Made by a program: the position numbers and the translations under genes
Notes under the pieces: generated by a model
Database searches by the model: none
What the model was told of the DNA's origin: nothing
Seen by the model: the letters and a program-made list of their open reading frames with translations, nothing else
Shown here: positions 14,075 through 27,841 of the stretch, in pieces
Position numbering within the stretch: the first letter of the stretch is position 1
Layout: the number at the start of each line of letters is the position of its first letter
From: Octopus sinensis
Lineage: Eukaryota
NCBI RefSeq assembly: GCF_006345805.1
Contig: NC_042998.1
Location: 204,104,001 to 204,168,000 of the forward strand
Direction of reading: 5' to 3'
DNA length: 64,000 nucleotides

Positions 14075-14289
14075 ACACGCGCGCACACACATTACAACAG
14101 GATTCTTTCAGTTTCCGTCAACCGAATCCACTCATAAGGCTTTGGTCGGCCCGAGGTTACAGTAGAAGACACTTTCCCAAGGTGCCACGCAATGGGGCTG
14201 AACCTGGAACCATGTCGTTTGAAAGCAAACTTCTTACCACACAGCCACGCCTGTGCCTTTATTCTCTATATCGCAGATCTTAGCTCGGG

Positions 14290-14600
14290 TCTCTGATGTC
14301 AAGATTTTACTGAGGTTTTAACAGGAACGTTTCGGCAGAATTCTTTCATCTTAAGAACGAACATGCTTTCACATCGCTGCAATTTCTTACCTTCGCGATT
14401 ATCCTTTTTCACAGATTGCATTTTACTGTATTTTGGACAAAATCATCGACCATTGGTTGATAGCATCGAATGATATTTTCGGGTCGCTGCTGAAGATGTT
14501 GCTTACATATTCACATTTATCCCACAAACTTTGCATTGGTTTACATCTATATATTTTACAGGCGACCATGTCCTCTTTTTGCATCAGTTATTCCTTGGTT
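14290..14600 (-). mobile_element. Old relic of the R4/Dong-like RLE retrotransposon
   Basis: Minus EFCRNVPVKTSVKS*HQRP aligns by eye with EYWWNVPVKTSIKC*HNRP of the 15243-16270 copy; NQCKVCG lies upstream. Confidence 0.6.
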
Positions 14601-14739
14601 GTAAAAACCAACCCTTCAAAATGAAGGGCTAATACATCGGTTTTTGGTCAGAGTTAGACAACGTTCTCTCTCTTTCTCTCTCTCTCTCTCTCCCTCTCTC
14701 TCCCTCTCTCCCTCTTCCTCTCTCTCCCTCCTCTCTCTC

Positions 14740-14770
<31 letters not shown>

Positions 14771-14837
14771 TGAGTTTCCTGACAATAATTGACGTCATAG
14801 AATAAGTGTCGTCCAATATTCTGTTACGCTCAATGGT

Positions 14838-14978
14838 ATAGCATGGGTGGCGGACAAAGGGACGATTAAACTGGACACAAAATTTTTAAAAGAAAAGCAA
14901 GATAACAATAAATAAAAAAAAATAGTGCACCCTCTTTGCAATACTTGCTTTGCTCCGGGCACTGACCACCCATGCTAT
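14838..14978. mobile_element. Small old MITE-like element
   Basis: Perfect 13-bp inverted repeat ATAGCATGGGTGG / CCACCCATGCTAT; no TSD resolved. Confidence 0.45.
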
Positions 14979-15242
14979 GCTACTGGTTGTGTCCGAGTTT
15001 TACAATTTCCTTGGGTGCATATCTCAAATCATTAGTATGGGGATATTTTCCGAGGAATTCCTTTCCAACACATATGAAGCTATTTATATCATGCACAAAA
15101 ACTTGATCAACCGAAGAATTGTGACACATGGCGATTGATAGTCGCATGTAAGTGCATGTAAGTATCCATGTGTGCATATATACAAACATATGTGAGTCTG
15201 CGTGTGTTTGTGTGTGAGTATGTATGTATGTATGTATGTATG

Positions 15243-16270
15243 CATTTATGTATGTATTCTCATGCATATAGCTACACATCTAGACATGCTCATATATATT
15301 TAAATGATAAACTTCTGGAAAGTTTTACAGATTTTTACAGTTCCAGTGATGGATTGGATCTGTAGTCTTCGAATTAGCTTTCTTCATTCTGGTTTTGAGA
15401 AGCCTAATTTCTCAAGATTGGTATTTAAGCTGTGTGCTACATACCCCAGGGTCCCAATAATTGCAGGTATAAACCTGAACTTGTAATCTTGATAGAGTAA
15501 CTACAGATTTCTCAATAGTTCAGCATAGGTGTTCCCTTTTCCCCTGATCTTCAGTTTTATGTTAACATCCGCTGGTCAGCTGATTTCCACAACTGTGCAC
15601 AGTTTCTCTTCTCTATCCCAAATATTTATATCAGGTCTGTTGTGCTAACATTTTATTGAGGTCTTCACTGGGACATTCCACCAGTACTCCTTTTTATATG
15701 GCTTCTGCCATATTGTGGGTTCTTATTTCTTTGTCCTTGGGGTTATCCTTCCAAGGGAGTTCATTCTAGAGTATCCTAGCTACGTCATGTCTCGTTGGTT
15801 GATAATACCCTGATGACATTTTAGGACAACTGATTATGATGAGGGTGATATCTTCAGTGTGAACTCCACAAAGTCGGCATCGATTGTCACATTTTACTGT
15901 TTTTCCTACATCTCTATCCTTTTTATGCATTAGATTTTTGGTTGGTATTTCCTGTCCTTGAATTGCAAATACATACCCTTCGAAGTGAGAGATAGCAATC
16001 CGGTGTTGGTCCATGATAAACTGCTTTGATGAACAATGTTACTATCATCTCGAAGCTTTCTACCATCATAACCATGCATAGCCTTCTGTTCTTATCAGCT
16101 CATCCTTTCATCTCATGATACGTTGCGGTAGAGTCGTGTGACTTCTTTGGGAATGTACTTAAAGATATCAGACAAAAAGTGCTGCTGGAAGAGCTGCCTT
16201 CCAAGTCTTCTGATATTGTCAACCTCATGTGTGGCAAACTTGGTCAAGAGATGCACTTCGACACTTGGAT
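15243..16270 (-). mobile_element. R4/Dong-like non-LTR retrotransposon 3' portion (CCHC finger, restriction-like endonuclease, 3' UTR ending in (CATA)n)
   Basis: FEGYVFAIQGQEI...CRLCG..TEDIT.II.SCPK...RHDVARIL, EYWWNVPV...RPDI.IWD...VVEIS.P, and ITGTVKICKTFQKFII*. Stops and frameshifts are present. Confidence 0.88.
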
Positions 16271-16737
16271 TAGTGTCTCCTAATATAGCCCCAAGCCAAC
16301 CAAGTTTTGTAAGTAGGCTTGGTAGACGCAAACTGAAAGAAACTCGTCGTATATACATACATGCATATATATAATATATATATATCTGTATCGATGTGTG
16401 TGCTTTTGTGTCTATGTTTGTCCCCACCACCGTTATAATAAGTAGCAGGCTCTTAAAATAAGTACTGAGGTCAATTCTGGCCGCAGTCTAATGAGTGAAA
16501 CAGACAAAAGATAAAAGATATAGTCAAAAAGTAGACTTTGTAATTGATAAAAAGATATTATGTAGAAATGCGAATGAGGAACCCGAGACGAAGGAGAAAA
16601 TGCCAAAACGGCGGCCGTTGATTGGTTGAATGACGCCAGCCAGAAAACAGTACAACAAATCGAACAGGACCACCTGAGGCTGTCTGGTCACGTTCATATT
16701 CTAAGAAACATCTTGAGGGTGTTCAAGCTTCCTTTCT

Positions 16738-16975
16738 AAGGCGACGAGCTGGCAGATTTGTTAGCACGCTGGGCGAAATGCGTAACCGTATTTCGTCCGT
16801 CGTTACGTTGTGAGTTCAAATTCCGCCGAGGTCTACTTTGCCTTTCATCCTTTCGGGGTCGATAAATTAAGTACCAGTTACGCACTGGGGTCTATGTAGT
16901 CGACTTAATACCTATGTCTGTCCTTGTTTGTCCTCTCTATGTTTAACCCCTTGTTGGTAGTAAAGAAATAGGTAT
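16738..16975 (+). mobile_element. SINE family B
   Basis: Full head to tail, ending AAAGAAATAGGTATT. Confidence 0.88.
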
Positions 16976-18714
16976 TATAAGCTACCTCACAGATCAGGTT
17001 TGAGATGTACCTGACTCCATAGTAACACCAAGCATCAAAGTATCAGCTTCAGAAAACCATGAATTTCCTCATGGATCGGGTCCCTGATGTGCTTAACACA
17101 ATCATAACACATTCATCACATGATCAGCTTCCTGGTGTCTTAAACGTTGAGCGTTGCGATGGCATTTAGTGGCTCCTTTGCCGAATCTTTTGCTAGCCTT
17201 GCTGCATCCAGATTTCTACAAAAACCACAAGAATAACGGTAAACATTTTCGTTAAAAGATTTTAAAAAGTAACAAAGTAGTCACAAAAAAATAACAAAAA
17301 GTAACCAAGAATAATTTTTACATAATTTTTATTATTTTGTAGAATTATTTTGAATTTTTTCTTCCTTTGATATTCAAATGCTAATGACCATTTTCAAAAT
17401 CGTTTTAAATCTTAAAAGAAATATTTTTCATAAAATAATTTAGCAATAATTTAGCCATTAATTTATTAAGTCTTAATGTATTTCACCAAGTTTTTTTTTC
17501 TTAGAAATCCACAGACCTAAAAATGGTGTTATTCGATCATTTTTATCATTTTTATTATTAATTATTTATATGATTCACTTTTACTTTTTAGCACGAAAAT
17601 AAACAGAGAAGACATTTCTTGGCCAACGACCAACGAAATATACTCTTTAATGCGCTGAAACTGGCCTATTTATGTGTCAATGATCTTATTTGCAACAAAG
17701 CTTGACAGTTTTTATTATATTTGAATAGAAAACGATTGCTTTTATACGTAAACTTGCTCTTTAGACCAGTTTTATTATTTGCAAAGACACAATTTCTCTC
17801 TTTCTTCTCTTTTACTTGTTTCAGTCATTTGACTGCGGCCATGCTGGAGCACCGCCTTTAGTCGAGCAAATCGACCCCGGGACTTATTCTTTGTAAGCCC
17901 AGTGCTTATTCTATCGGTCTCTTTTGCCGAACCGCTAAGTGACGGGGACGTAAACACACCAGCATCGGTCGTCAAGCAATGCTAGGGGGACAAACACACA
18001 CACACAAACACACACATACATATATACATACATATATACGACGGGCTTCTTTCAGTTTCCGTCTACCAAATCCACTCACAAGGCATTGGTCGGCCCGGGG
18101 CTATAGCAGAAGACACTTGCCCAAGATGCCACGCAGTGGGACTGAACCCGGAACCATGTTGTTGGTTAGCAACCTACTTACCACACAGCCACTCCTGCTG
18201 ATTTTTTTTTAATACTTAAAATTCAATCTCTGCCCATGCAAATTAGCAGCTCCCGTTTTCCGCAAGATTGGTTGCTTGGTTCTCTGGAATTGGTCGAATT
18301 GATGTCAATGCATTCGATGAGAATTCAATATCATTTAGTAATCGATTCAGGCTGTTCATTATTTTTTCAATCTATGAAGAAACAAATTTACGTAGGCACC
18401 CTATAGGTTACGTATCCATACTTTCAAACTATTGGAAATTCAGATAATTTTTAACTTGCGCAATGCTATCTCCATCAAAACATCAACATCAACACACTTA
18501 CTCTTTTACTCCTTTACTTGTTTCAGTCATTTGACTGTGGCCAAGCTGGAGCATAGTCGAGCAAATTGACTCCAGGACTTATTCTTTGTAAGCCTAGTAT
18601 TTATTCTATCGGTCTCTTTTGCCGAACCGCTGGATAACGGGGGCGTAAACACACCAGCATCGGTTGTCAAGGGATATTGGGGGACACAAACACAGTCACA
18701 CAAACATACACACA

Positions 18715-18990
<276 letters not shown>

Positions 18991-19791
18991 TATACGACGG
19001 GCTTCTTTCAGTTTCCATTTACCAAATCTACTCACAAGGCTTTGGTCGGCCCAAGACTATAGTAGAAGACACTTGCCCAAGGTGCTACGCAGTGAGACTG
19101 AACCCGGAATGTTGTGGTTCGTAAGTAAGCTACTTACCACTCAGCCACTCCCACGCCTATGTAGAGGGAATCAAAATAAAAACTGGAACAAAAGCCAAAC
19201 CGGTCAGGATTTGGAACCAGTGTAACTCTGCCTCTTTTCTCTGCACTTTTTAAGTTCATTTACAAAATCTTTCAAGATTTATTGCTGATCTCTCTCCAAT
19301 TTTATCCCCCTTTGTTTCATAGCGTTGTTTATGTTTTTTTTTATTTCGCCGATTTTGACCCAGTTTTCAGTCTCAGATTCCTTTTATTTAGACCTATTCA
19401 GTCTTCCAAACTGTAATTACATCCCATCCACAACAAATACGTCGCTTCATAAAATGTTTCATTCAAAATATTTTGCCTCGATTTCTGTCATGCTGAGGGT
19501 TTAGAATAAGAATGAAATGGCGCTCTACGATTACCTGTCGTTTTCTTCTTTCACCTATCACTTACTTCAGTCATTTGATTGCGGCCAAGCTGGGACACCG
19601 TCTTGAAGGATTTTTAATCGAATGAATCGGCCCCAGTTCTTATTTTTTAAAGCCCTTTACTTATTCTATCGGTCTCTTTTGCCGAACCGCTAAATTATGG
19701 GAATGTAAGTCCACCGACACCGATTGTCAAACGGAGGTGGAAGACAAATACAAATTCAAAGACAGACACACATGGGCTTCTTCCGGTTTCC

Positions 19792-20069
19792 TATTTCTTT
19801 ATTGCCCAGAACGTAACTCAGAATGTAACGGCAGATGAAATACCTATGTCTTTATTACCCACAATGGGCTAAACACAGAGGGGACAAACAAGGACAGACA
19901 TAGGTATTAAGTCGATTACATCGACCCCAGTGCGTAACTGGTACTTAATTTATCGGCCCCGAAAGGATGAAAGGCAAAGTCGACCTCGGCGGAATTTGAA
20001 CTCACAACATAACGACAGACGAAATACGGTTACGCATTTCGCCCGGCATGCTAACGATTCTGCCAGCTC
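19792..20069 (-). mobile_element. SINE family B plus a partial second unit, inserted into a SINE-A
   Basis: Near-identical TSD GCTTCTT(C/T)CGGTTTCC at ~19776-19791 and ~20070-20086. Confidence 0.8.
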
Positions 20070-20821
20070 GCCGCTTCTTTCGGTTTCCGACTACCAAATC
20101 CGTTCACAAAGTTTTGAGTTCTGGGACTGAACCCAGAACTATGTGGTTGGGAAGCAAGCTTCTTACCACACAGCCACACCTGCGCCTGCCATGAGTAGAA
20201 ATTTTATGCCCTTCATCGCCCCTTGTGGGTAATAATAAAAAAAAATCAGAAATTTTATGCCCTTTGAAATGAATAAATAAAGCAGAAACTAACAATGCAC
20301 CTTCTTCCTAATCTTTCGATTTCAAATTCACGCTTCCAATCGCGCCAAAATTTATCCTGAACTGATTATCTCTCTTCTAAAACCTGGCTATCAGGCCACA
20401 CCCCGTATTCAACCAATTATTTTTCCAATTATTGCTCGACGTATAAAGATTCGGAGACAAAGACAGACAGTATTATTCTTTTTCGATTTGGCTCGTTTTT
20501 GCCGCCTTCCTCAAGCGATTTCTGCTGTCCCAACATTATCTTGGGTTACAGAAATAGGCTCCTTCTCTCATATGAACATAACTACGCTAAATAATTCCTT
20601 AAAATAAAAGATATATGTTATGTCATGAAGACAAATTTGGAGCTTTCTATGACATGAACTTGACCGCTTTTTGGCCAATAAGTTTGTTCTAACGCAACAA
20701 TAATAGATTCTTTCGTTATGACCTTTTGAGTATAATTAAAACCAGAAATAAGGAAAGTATCATGCACAGAAGTAGCGTCTATGCGTCAGGCTTTCATTGT
20801 AGAACACATATTTTATCGTGA

Positions 20822-21135
20822 AGATGTATGGCTTAGTGGTTAGAGTATTTGGTTCACGATTGTAAAGTCGTGAGTTCAATTCCCGGCGGCGTGTTGTGTC
20901 CTTGAGCAAGACACTTTATTTCACTTTGCTCCAGTCAATTCAGCTGACCAAAATGAGTTGTACCTGCAATTCAAAGGGCCAGCCTTGTCACATTCTGTAT
21001 CACGCTGAATCTCCTTGAGAACTACGATAAGGGTACGCGTGTCTGTGGAGTACTCAGCCACATGCATGTAGATTTCACGAGCAGGATGTTCTGTAGATCA
21101 ACCCAACTGAAACAGTCGTTGACGTAACCGACGCA
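20822..21135 (+). mobile_element. SINE family D head with tail 1
   Basis: TGGCTTAGTGGTTAG...GAGTTCAATTCCC, TTGTGTCCTTGAGCAAGACACTT, then the same 3' half as the copy at 769-1153. Confidence 0.8.
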
Positions 21136-21712
21136 GAGTCACGCTTTACTCATTCTATCATAACATTTATTTCTTTTTTTAACCCATTCAGTTTTCTCTT
21201 ATAATATCTCAAAATGTGTTGGGGACCTGGTTCTATTCAATGAAGTCAGCGGCTGCGTGTAATTTGCTGGGCGTTGTTTGTGAGTGCGGCTGAAGGTTTA
21301 TGACTGGCTGGATTTTTGCTGACGTGGGTTAGAGGTAGGGGAGAGGAGCGAGAGGACGCAACAAAAGCCACAAAGGCTTTAGCAAGAGTGAAACAGTGTA
21401 ACAACAACAACAACAACAACAACAGCATGTGGTGGTGATGGTGACGGGTGGGGGTGACGGGTGGGGGTGGGGGTGACGGATCTCGATAACCTTTGTGTTT
21501 GCAACAGAAACGACTAGAAATTTATTGGTGATAATGAACATATCACAGGAGTGGCTGTGTGGTAAGTAGCTTGCTAACCAACCACATGGTTCCGGGTTCA
21601 GTCCCACTGCGTGGCATCTTGGGTAAGTGTCTTCTACTATAGCCCCAGGCCGACCAATGCCTTGTGAGTGGATTTGGTAGACGGAAACTGAAAGAAGCCT
21701 GTCGTATATATG

Positions 21713-21745
<33 letters not shown>

Positions 21746-21939
21746 TTTTGTTTGTGTGTTTGTCTCTCTAGCATTCCTTGACAACCGATGCTGGTCACTT
21801 AGCGGTTCGGCAAAAAGAGACCGATAGAATAAGTACTGGGCTTACAAAAGAATAAGTCCCGGGGTCGAGTTGCTCGATTAAAGGCGGTGCTCCAGCATGG
21901 CCGCAGTCAAATGACTGAAACAAGTAAAAGAGTAAAAGA

Positions 21940-21977
<38 letters not shown>

Positions 21978-22454
21978 AGTATAAAACTGAACGAATAAAA
22001 TTTTGGGCGGAGGGGGGGTGATGGTATCGACTAAATGTAATGACGATGCCCCAGCATGGCCGCAGTTCAATGACTGACAGCAGCTGTAAAGAGGAATAAA
22101 GAACAAAAGAATGTCACTAGAAGATAAGGAATAACAAAGAATGTTTGTATTCTTCACTTGGCTCTCAGCATCAATCAACAGGAATGTTTCTGCCTGGAAT
22201 TGGTAAACTTCACAGCACGAACAAGATGCAGCACTAAACAAACAACGGAACCAGATTACGAAATGTTAGATGTGATAATGAAGACTATCAGGTTAGGTGT
22301 CTGCGAGTAGATATATCAATGTATATCTATGGTATATATGTATTTGAACGTCGTAAATAGGCTGAACTAAAAAAAAGGCGATACGCAGATTAACTACAGT
22401 CTCTCAATTAATTATATATATATATACAAGGTGTGAGCTTAACCATTTAAATGT

Positions 22455-23195
22455 CTACACGTTTGATACATACATATATACCTGCATACATACACACACC
22501 CATACATACATACGTACATACATACGTATATACATATAGGCATGCATGCATACATACATACATGCATGCATGCATGTATGCATGCATGCATACATACATA
22601 CATGCATACATGCATGTATGCATGCATGCATACATACATACATACATGCGTACATACATACATACATACAAACATACATACATGCATACATGCATACATA
22701 CATACATACAAACATACATACATACATACATACATACAAACATACATACACACATACATGCATACATGCATACATACATACATACAAACATACATACATG
22801 CATACATGCATACATGCATACATGCATACATACATACATACAAACATACAAACATACATACATACATACATGCATACATGCATACATACATACAAACAAA
22901 CATACATACATACAAACAAACATACATGCATACATGCATACATACATACATACATACACACATAATACATACGTACATACATATTTGCATACGTACATAC
23001 ATACATACATACATACATACATACATACATACATACATACATACAAACATACATACATACATACATACATACTACATACATACATATTTGCATACGTACA
23101 TACATACATACATACATACATACATACATACATACATACATACATACATACAAACATACATACTTACATACATACAAATATACATACATACATAC
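22455..23195. repeat. (CATA)n array, ~740 bp, with CATG/CAAA variants
   Basis: Direct reading; immediately precedes an R4-like fragment. Confidence 0.95.
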
Positions 23196-23204
23196 ACTCC
23201 TTGT

Positions 23205-23625
23205 CCGTTAAACTTTAATTAATGCCCAAATAAGCCGCACGACTCTACCACAACGTATCACGAGATGAAAGGATGAGCCGATATGAGCAGAAGACAATGC
23301 ATGGATCTGTTAGTAGAAAGCTCCTGGATGATTTTTAACATCAATCATCAAAGCAGTTTATCACGGACCAATAGCCGGATTACTACCTCCCACTTTGAAG
23401 GGTATGGTTTGCAATCCAGGAACAGGAAATATCAACAAAGTACGTGATGCACAAAAGGGATAGAGATGCAGGAAAAGAAGCAAAATGTGACAACCGATGC
23501 AGACTTCGAGGAGTTAACACCGAAGATATCACCCTCATCATAAGCAGTCGTCCGAAATTGTCATCATGGTATTATCTACCGATGAGACATGACGTTATAG
23601 CTAGGATACTCTATAATGAAATCTG
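23205..23625 (+). mobile_element. R4/Dong-like fragment, 5'-truncated next to (CATA)n, 3' side replaced by a SINE-A
   Basis: Homologous to 15770-16160 (RLYHNVSRDERMS...HFEG...CDNRCRL...RHDVIARILYNEIC). Confidence 0.88.
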
Positions 23626-23711
23626 TAAACACACCAGTATCGGTTGTCAAGCGATGTTGGTGGAGGGACAAACATACACACACCCACATACACACATACA
23701 CACACACACAC

Positions 23712-23751
<40 letters not shown>

Positions 23752-23984
23752 GACAGGCTTTCAGTTTCTATCAATCAAATCCACTCACAAGACTTCGGTC
23801 GGCCTGATGATATAGTAGAAGACACTTGTCCATGGTGCCACGCAGTGGGACTGAACCTGGAACCATGTGGTTGATAAGCAAAGATGCAAAAATATCACAA
23901 AAATATCACAAAAAATTATCTACTCTACCTCCGGTATTCGAGTACTATTTTCTCCACCTTGTTTCACCTTTATGTGCTTACTCT

Positions 23985-24152
23985 GGCATGTATGTATCTA
24001 TGTATGTATGTATGTATGTATGTATGTATGTATGTATGTATGTATGTATGTATGTATGAATGTATGTATGTATGTATGAATGTATGTATCTATGTATGTA
24101 TGTATGTATGTATGTATGTATGTATGTATGTATGTATGTATGTATGTATGTA
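23985..24152. repeat. (TATG)n array
   Basis: Direct reading. Confidence 0.95.
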
Positions 24153-24420
24153 GCTCGCTTCTACTGCCATCTCTAGCAGACGAGGTGTCTGAAGAATGGC
24201 AGAAATAGACCGAAACCAGGATTGGTCTGCTGGTCCCGTCGCTAAAATGTGTTAGGGGTTCGATCCCCTTCTCGCAATTTATCGGATACAGCTCTGCATC
24301 GTTAACCAGCTATAGAGTTGGGATTAAAATATCGCAATTGAGTCCGTTCGAACGGACAGCCATATTGAAGATATATAATGGCATACATACACACACGCCT
24401 GTGTTTGTGCACTTGTGTGC

Positions 24421-24457
<37 letters not shown>

Positions 24458-25256
24458 TGTGTGTATGTGTGTGTGTGTGTGCGTACGTGCGTGTATGTAT
24501 GGATGTGTGTATCCACGCGTGTGTGTGTGAGAGTGTGTATTATGCACAGCATTGCATGAATCAAAAGTTTAAAAAATGCATTTATGTATTTGCCATTAGC
24601 TGCGACAAATGTAACTCTACAATAACTCCTGTACGCACAGCGCTCCTCTGCCATCGAGCAGACATGGTACAGGGAGGGCAAGAAATCACTGATGAGGTCA
24701 CGGATGACGACGAACGGACTTTAACAAGCATAGGTAACTGATTGATTTACCGAATGGTTAATCAAACTATCGATTGACTAATAAAATACGAAGAAGTGAA
24801 ATAGAACCAGTGTAGTTATTAATGACATAATGACCCTCCCGAGATACAACTAATTAATTTTAAATATGGCAGAGAAAACAGAGCAGTAGCTGAGCTTTCT
24901 ACATTAGATAGAGACAGATGTGTGGGGTCTCCTGTGTAGAAGGCCACTGCAAATGATTGAAAGGCAGGCACTCGGGTACCTACAGAATGATAGCTCACAG
25001 CAAACATAATGGATTCAGAAATATGCAGACCGAAATATGCATTTTTCGAGCTGGCACAAAAACAAACAAAAGCCAGAGTGGGTTTGCCGTGTACATTCCG
25101 CGAAGAGATCACACCTTTAGTTCAGTTGTCACGCTCTATCTCCATTGTTTGACTTACTAATAAAGGAACTAGGTATAATTAGTTATATGTACAACATGCC
25201 ACTCCCAGATGCCTCAAATCATGATAGTAAATTTGAAAAGTGTACGGAAGCATTAT

Positions 25257-26061
25257 CCAATTTGGGACCTCTTGTGTTTAGCTCACAGATTTTTTTTTAT
25301 TATTAGTATATTTAACTAAACAGTTTTAAACTTCGTATACTGGTGTAATTTCTCACGCTGAACACGGTTTGCTTTCAATATTTTGACAAAAGTTCGTATT
25401 TTAGAATTTATTTCCTGTTACATTTGTCGTACTTGAATAATTTCAAACAATCAACGACGTGTATTCGCTTAAAGAAAGCTACTGCTGTTTGCTATAGAGA
25501 TCAAAGCGCAACAACTTCTGGGTCATCTCTACTAAATGTCACCAATTTGTTCTATCTTATTTTTGTTTACTGCCTGTGTTGCATATTACACGCTTTGCTT
25601 TTTATTGTGTTTTTTTTTTTTTTGCTTTTTGAGCGCTTCTTTGTACAAGTGGTGAAAATGCAAATGTACAAAGAGGCGGTCGAAAAGCAAATAAACTGCG
25701 TAGTATGCAACACAGGCAGTAAACAAAAATAATATACAACAGATTGGTAAATATAATCACAAAATTAACACAAGCAAATGTATAAAGAGGCGATCGAAAG
25801 GTAAAGGATATTTTAAAGCGTGTCGCAAACAGCAGCAGCCTTTCTTCGGCTGAGTACACCTCATTCATTGATTAAAATTACCCAAATACGACAACATTAG
25901 TACGAAATAACTTCTAAAATACAAAATTTTGTCAAAAATGTTGAAAGTAAACCGTATTCAGCGTGAGAAATTACATCAGTATGCGAAGTTCCAAACTGTT
26001 TAGTTAAAAAAAAGATAATTAAAAAATCTGTGAGCTAAACTGAAGCGATCCCCAATTTGGG
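25257..26061. mobile_element. ~800-bp foldback element (long imperfect TIRs with nested inner inverted repeats)
   Basis: 25257-25445 is the reverse complement of ~25870-26061 (e.g. TTTAGCTCACAGATTTTTT, GTAATTTCTCACGCTGAA). Inner pairs: ~25465-25510/~25812-25855 and ~25540-25600/~25685-25750. Confidence 0.85.
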
Positions 26062-26499
26062 CGTATACATCAAACTATTCTTGCGTGACTTCATCCTGCG
26101 CAGAAAAATTCTGATCTGACGATGAGTAAAGATCTCAAGTCATTTGAACAACTAAAGGAGAGCGGAAGATCACTGTCAGGCAGGAGACACTTAGGAATGG
26201 AGAACTAACTGAAACACTGCCGTGAACAGAAGGGACGAATGAGAGAAAGCAAGGTTTCCGGAAATAAAAGAGAACCCAAAAGTTTTGTATAAAGTCACAA
26301 ATTTCAGTACATTATTACATTCAGTTCTTTCAGTACACAAACTTCAGTAAATTATGAAAAAAGGGTCGTTGTTCAAAGAAAATTGCTAAAAGACTGCCTA
26401 CTCCAAAAAGGCGAATAAAATATTGAATGCACGTTTGAAAAGTGGTGTCAACAGCCCTCTGCGACACATACAAAGAAATAAACCGAGTTCATCGATACA

Positions 26500-26630
26500 C
26501 TAGCTCTTCCTAGAAAACAGACAGCCGTCAATGGCATCGATATACATCAGGAAGAAGAGTAATAACAGCCATAGATGAAATGAGTCTAAACTCAGCAGCA
26601 AACCCTGAAGAGTTCCTTATAAGTCTCGAC
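26500..26630 (+). mobile_element. Possible relic of a CR1/L2-like LINE, region just upstream of RT
   Basis: VITAIDEMSLNSAANPEEF resembles the AIxExxxNSAxGPDG motif. Confidence 0.35.
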
Positions 26631-26707
26631 AAAACAAGCAAAAAAGAATCCCGCGAAAACCATTACATGTTTGACAAGAGTTTATTAACTCCTATAAAAG
26701 TCGAAAG

Positions 26708-26920
26708 TGCGGCGAGCTGGCAGAACCGTTAGCACGCCGGGCGAAATGCTCAGCAGTATTTCTGAGTTCAAATTCCGCCGAGGTCGACTTTGCCTTTCAT
26801 CCTTTCGGGGTCGATTAAATAAGTACCAGTTACGCACTGGAGTCGATATAATCGACTTAATCCGTTGTCTGTCCTTGTTTGTCCCCTCTGTGTTTAGCCC
26901 CTTGTGGGTAGTAAAGAAAC
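26708..26920 (+). mobile_element. SINE family B (internal deletion) with 15-bp TSD
   Basis: TATAAAAGTCGAAAG at 26693-26707 and 26922-26936. Confidence 0.88.
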
Positions 26921-27015
26921 GTATAAAAGTCGAAAGGTTTATCTTTAAAAGAGAGGAAACAGAGCAGATGCTAAGAATTACAAGCCTTTTGATCTCTATC
27001 TCTTCCTCCTTCCCT

Positions 27016-27051
<36 letters not shown>

Positions 27052-27590
27052 TCACTCGCTCGCTCGCTCTCAATCTGACTTCACATATCAGTGGAGCGAT
27101 TGTATTATTAGGAGGAAATTGGTCATGTTCTTCGTAAAAGGAAACATTTACTTGCTAAATGACACTCGACACTTTTTCCGTCCGGGTAGAGAATTCTGAA
27201 CACATCTGCAGCCTTCTGATTGGATATTAAAACAGCTCCTCGGTCATTTAAATGTGAGTGTGGAGCATTTTATTTCAGTAAAGGCCTTCTGTACATATAC
27301 ATGTATAGAATGAAAGATTTTAGAGTCCACAACGCAGACCAGTATTGAGTCCTTTCAGCAGTAAATGCTCGTTATTCATCACCTAAGGCCTCCCAACATA
27401 TATTTTACAAACACACGTGTGTGGAGGGGCGCAAGGCTTGGTAGTTCAGGTGTTATACTGACGATATAGAATTGTTGTGTTCTTGAGGAAAACACTTCAT
27501 CTTGCGATGGTCTGCAATCACATTGACACCCGACACGTAGTACCCCGAGTACCTGTTCAGACAACGTCGATTTGATGGAGAGAGCGAGCT

Positions 27591-27841
27591 AATCATATCT
27601 GTCAGGCATGTGGAAGAGAGTGTAATTCGGCAGGAGGACTTAAACGACGTGCAAAGGTACATGAAGCCCAGTTACAACTACAGCTGGCTATTACCAGTAA
27701 AGGTCTTAGTTGCCAATTCTGTACAAAACATTGTAGATCTTTGGCTGGGCTAAAAAGTCACATTCGATCACAGGACCAGTAACAGTTAAGCTTCGTGCAA
27801 TGGCCATACTCGATAACGAGGGGGCAGCCATAATAATAATG
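27591..27841 (+). mobile_element. RTE-type LINE 3' end encoding two degenerate C2H2-like fingers, with (AAT)n tail, inserted behind an old SINE
   Basis: HICQACGRECNSAGGLKRRAKVH...LSCQFCTKHCRSLAGLKSHIRSQ* (stop 27780-27782). CxxCGRxCxSxxGLxSH is typical of RTE C-termini. Ends GCAGCCAT(AAT)3. Confidence 0.7.

Noticed and set aside
16640-16730. GHVHILRNIL resembling a Dong C-terminus (GTAHILRKxL)
   Set aside because: Too short, with no flanking motifs.
24190-24290. tRNA-like segment with GGGGTTCGATCCCC
   Set aside because: Only a T-arm-like hairpin; no convincing acceptor, D or anticodon arms.
24688-24725. Hammerhead-like CTGATGAG-GTCA-CGGA-TGAC
   Set aside because: GAAC instead of GAAA, and no stem I or stem III pairing.
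27591-27782. Host C2H2 zinc-finger gene fragment
   Set aside because: No TGEKP linker, RTE-type CGRxCxSxxGL pattern, and followed by a short UTR and (AAT)n tail.
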